NCBI GenBank assembly: GCA_964035545.1
Contig: OZ037765.1
Location: forward strand, 27,527,504 to 27,591,503
Source of the DNA: Bugula neritina
Lineage: Eukaryota > Animalia > Bryozoa
Direction: 5' to 3'
Length of the DNA: 64,000 nt
Numbering within the stretch: the first letter of the stretch is position 1; the number at the start of each line of letters is the position of its first letter. The notes under the pieces are model-generated. The model was not told where the DNA came from. It searched no databases and was given only the letters and a program-made list of their open reading frames with translations. Of the stretch, positions 60,501 to 64,000 are shown one piece after another. The translations under genes were made by a program, and so were the position numbers.

Positions 60501-63500
60501 CTCAATTTCAAACATGATAATTCAAAACTTATATAACTAGAGTGAGTTGAATTAACCAGCCACCCAATTAGGACATGGCGGTGAATAGTGAGAAATTGGA
60601 GTGAGTTGAAGCGTGAAATACCTGAAATGAGTAATAATAATAAAGAGAATCCCAAGCACCATGTAACCAATATTACTAATCACACTATTGAAGCTGTGTA
60701 AACCCCCCAGATGTCTTGAGCAGAGGAAGTTGTAGTAGCAAGTGTCTTCGTTGCCAGATAAATTTAAATACTAAAAAATTAAATACAAAAAAGTGTATGG
60801 TGAGTTACCGTGAGTGCTATATATACAAAACAGAATAAACAAAAACACACAGAACAACACTAGAAAACTATTAGAGAAGAAATACAATGTGTCCGGAGGA
60901 TTCATAATACAACATTATGTCCCTGTATGTCACTGCATAGATATAAACATGTAAGGTTAATGGGTTTTATTCTATCTTATTAAACCATCAACAAGAGAAT
61001 ACTACTTGAGAAGCCTGGGGATCACACAGGTCATGTTTGTGTGGCAGAAAAACCTTCCCTGCCCAGGATAACCATGATGTATAGATTAAAACATTCTCCT
61101 TTGGAAGTTATTAATTTGAGTATATATTATAATACTGGCCAGTTGATTCATATAGTTTGTAAGGTGTCTGTGAAAGATAAAGAATGTATTAAAAAATTTA
61201 TAAAATAATATATCTGAATAAAAATTTGTTCATGTTGTAGTTATGCAAGTAGAGTATCATGTAAATTATACCTTCTGATATGCCAACACCAACTGGATAA
61301 CAGGAAGAGCGTAGAAAATTGAAATGCTAATGAGGTTTCTAAAACAAAATGGTTACACAGACATTACAGTCTAGATCACAATAGGTCACCTTGGTGAGAG
61401 AAAGTGGGGACAACTCCCACATTAGCTTGATTAAATTGATTAAATAAAATTGCTCAATGACTTATGAACACGCATTACAATGACCAACTGGAATGAAATC
61501 CTCCACAACTGAAGGCTGAAACAGTAAACTCTACTATAAACTACAAACTCTATAAACCATAAAGTGCAAGGTTGAAAGTTCTAACATTGTAAAGGCTAAA
61601 TCCCAAATTTGAAATTTGAAAATTATGCTTATATTTATAAGTACAACATGAGCAAACATGAACAATAAAACACTAACCTCACGTATAACATATATTTCTT
61701 CCGAAGATGGGTGGATGGTTTTCTAGCCATGTCAGCCACCATAAGGTTTTTCTGAAAAAGTATGTATTAATTGTTCTGTAGTATATATTAATTGTTCTGT
61801 AGTATGTATTAGTTGTTCTGTAGTATGTATTAATTGTTCTGTAGTATGTATTAGTTGTTCTGTAGTATGTATTAGTTGTTCTGTAGTATGTATTAATTGT
61901 TCTGTAGCATGTATTAGTTGTTCTGTAGTATGTATTAGTTGTTCTGTAGTATGTATTAGTTGTTCTGTAGTATGTATTAGTTGTTCTGTAGTATGTATTA
62001 GTTGTTCTGTAGTATGTATTAGTTGTTCTGTAGTATGTATTAGTTGTTCTGTAGTATGTATTAATTGTTCTGTAGTATGTATTAGTTGTTCTGTAGTATG
62101 TATTAGTTGTTCTGTAGTATGTATTAGTTGTTCTGTAGTATGTATTAGTTGTTCTGTAGTATGTATTAGTTGTTCTGTAGTATGTATTAGTTGTTCTGTA
62201 GTATGTATTAGTTGTTATGTAGTATGTATTAGTTGTTCTGTAGTATGTATTAGTTGTTCTGTAGTATGTATTAGTTGTTCTGTAGTATGTATTAGTTGTT
62301 CTGTAGTATGTATTAGTTGTTCTGTAGTATGTATTAGTTGTTCTGTAGTATGTATTAGTTGTTCTGTAGTATGTATTAGTTGTTCTGTAGTATGTATTAG
62401 TTGTTCTGTAGTATGTATTAGTTGTTCAGTAGTATGTATTAGTTGTTCTGTAGTATTTATCAATTAATGTAGTCTTCACTTTTCAAAACTGTAGTCTAAT
62501 AGCCATGTTAAAATATAACAAAACACAATTAATCCTGGCTGTGAGATATAAATTCTATACCACGAAAAAATATTTGTGAGAGAACAAACCTTCAGCCTAT
62601 AAACATCTTTTATCTCATCCTGGTCAGTCAGTGTGTCAGCATCTAACAGCAGACTGTCATCATAATTAATATCATTAACAGACGTGTTACCAGCACTAGC
62701 AGATGCTTCTGTGTTCCCATCACTGATAGTAGGCACTGTGCAGCAACAAACAACACACGTTATTCTATAAATAGGCAATCAACAAATTTCAATCCTTTTA
62801 TTTTTGAAATTGTATGAAATTATGTTGAAAGTTTGGAAAGCCCCCTTTAGAAAGGATTTTATTTGCTCAATCCTTATCTTAATGGCCGACTCACGATTTT
62901 ATGACCTGTTTTATTACTAATGAACACACTAGGCCTTCATATATTGTACTGGGGTTTACGTAGGCAAGGACGTATAACAAGTGTGGAAAGAGGAGGAGAA
63001 AGTGGGATGGTATAATGCTGGTATAACTGAACATTACAATGACTTTATACTAGTGAAATATACACTTTATATAGCCTGTCTAGTTGGCATATCGTGTCTA
63101 TGTAAGTAAGTCTAGCAAAAAGGCATGAGCAATGCAATTGAAAGGAATATATTTTATAGGCCGGCACATTGAATGCTAATGAATGAATTATATACATTCA
63201 TTGACTAAGAAATACTTAACAATATACCCAACAATAGCCCAACTGTCATGTGACATACTTGCAGCTGATAGAATTGAATATTAGTTCAACTACAAGGACA
63301 AAATGTATAAACTTGTACTAACTGAACCTACCTGGAGAAGTCATTTCAATTTCTTGAGCTTTTCTTCTTCTTTCCCTACAAATAATCAACTTTAAAGTCT
63401 CAACAAAAAATAAACAGGTTATTTGTTGAAAAAGTATTACAGAGAGAAAATATTAGCAGCCAACAAAAACCAACACGAAGCAGCAAAACTTTGGACTCAC

Positions 63501-63851
63501 CAAAGTTTGATTATGAGAAGATAAAGAACGGCAGCCAAGCAGTATGCAGAGCAGTAGCCAACTGCAGCCAGCAGAGCAAATATGTACACAGTCTCTGTGA
63601 AAGGAGAGATAGATTAGTATAGTATGGTTCTACTAACACAAGTCAACCATCATCAGAATGCTGATGAGAAATGCTAGTTGATAGTGTAAGTACAGCATGA
63701 TTAGCTTTATCACCCTTATATGTAACATTGGAGGAGCATGAGAATTACTTTAGCTTTATTAAGATTATAAAATAAAATTCATATTAGACACTTACACACT
63801 TACCTTCTATATGGTCTTCAATCCAAAACTCCATATCTTTCACTTTAGGAT
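57538..63851 (-). CDS. SIDT: SID-1 family protein, copy 2 (3' exons; 5' part beyond the window)
   Basis: Paralogous exons e.g. 57538-57600, 57687-57800, 57947-58057, 58625-58733, 63804-63851; SGCYH and HDIWH retained; no stop seen in the exons checked. Confidence 0.9.
61759..62460. repeat. 21-bp intronic minisatellite, about 33 units
   Basis: Highly homogeneous tagtatgtattagttgttctg array. Confidence 0.95.
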
Positions 63852-63955
63852 CTGCTCAAATGCATTAACAAGATAGAAATACAATATCATATTAATACAA
63901 ATAGAGTGAGTAGAGAGAGGATTTAATAACCTGTCCTTGAAATACTCTTGAAATG

Positions 63956-63962
<7 letters not shown>

Positions 63963-64000
<38 letters not shown>
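63963..64000. repeat. (TA)n microsatellite, paralogous to 15226
   Basis: Direct sequence. Confidence 0.9.

Larger units (their letters stand above)
55605..64000 (+). repeat. Tandem segmental duplicate of ~6555-15377 (continues beyond the window)
   Basis: Collinear similarity from ataacacaaata onward, through exons and introns. Confidence 0.95.

Noticed and set aside
61759-62460. CRISPR-like array
   Set aside because: No unique spacers; a simple tandem repeat in eukaryotic DNA

Overview
AT-rich, intron-containing animal (invertebrate-like) genomic DNA; the species cannot be determined from the sequence. Host genes: (1) a REEP1-4-type gene on + (CDS 3550-~8001); (2) a convergent, apparently intact 22-exon SID-1 family gene on - (31679-8520, about 818 aa by my exon sum); (3) a ~49 kb-offset tandem duplicate starting at ~55605 that carries orphan REEP 3' exons and a second SID-1 paralog running off the window end. 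Introns and the intergenic region are packed with nested transposons: two full-length copies of one Gypsy LTR family (the copy at 46650-54143 is intact), an older related Gypsy fragment, a solo LTR, a decayed LINE, an ISL2EU-type element and many MITEs. The most notable observation is a third, non-env gene in the Gypsy elements. It has an ATG micro-exon, a ~265-nt phase-1 spliceosomal-type intron, and an exon encoding two zinc fingers, an RS/SP-rich basic tract and a coiled coil. The same exon/intron layout is present in the divergent older element. All exon calls are manual and no database searches were run.
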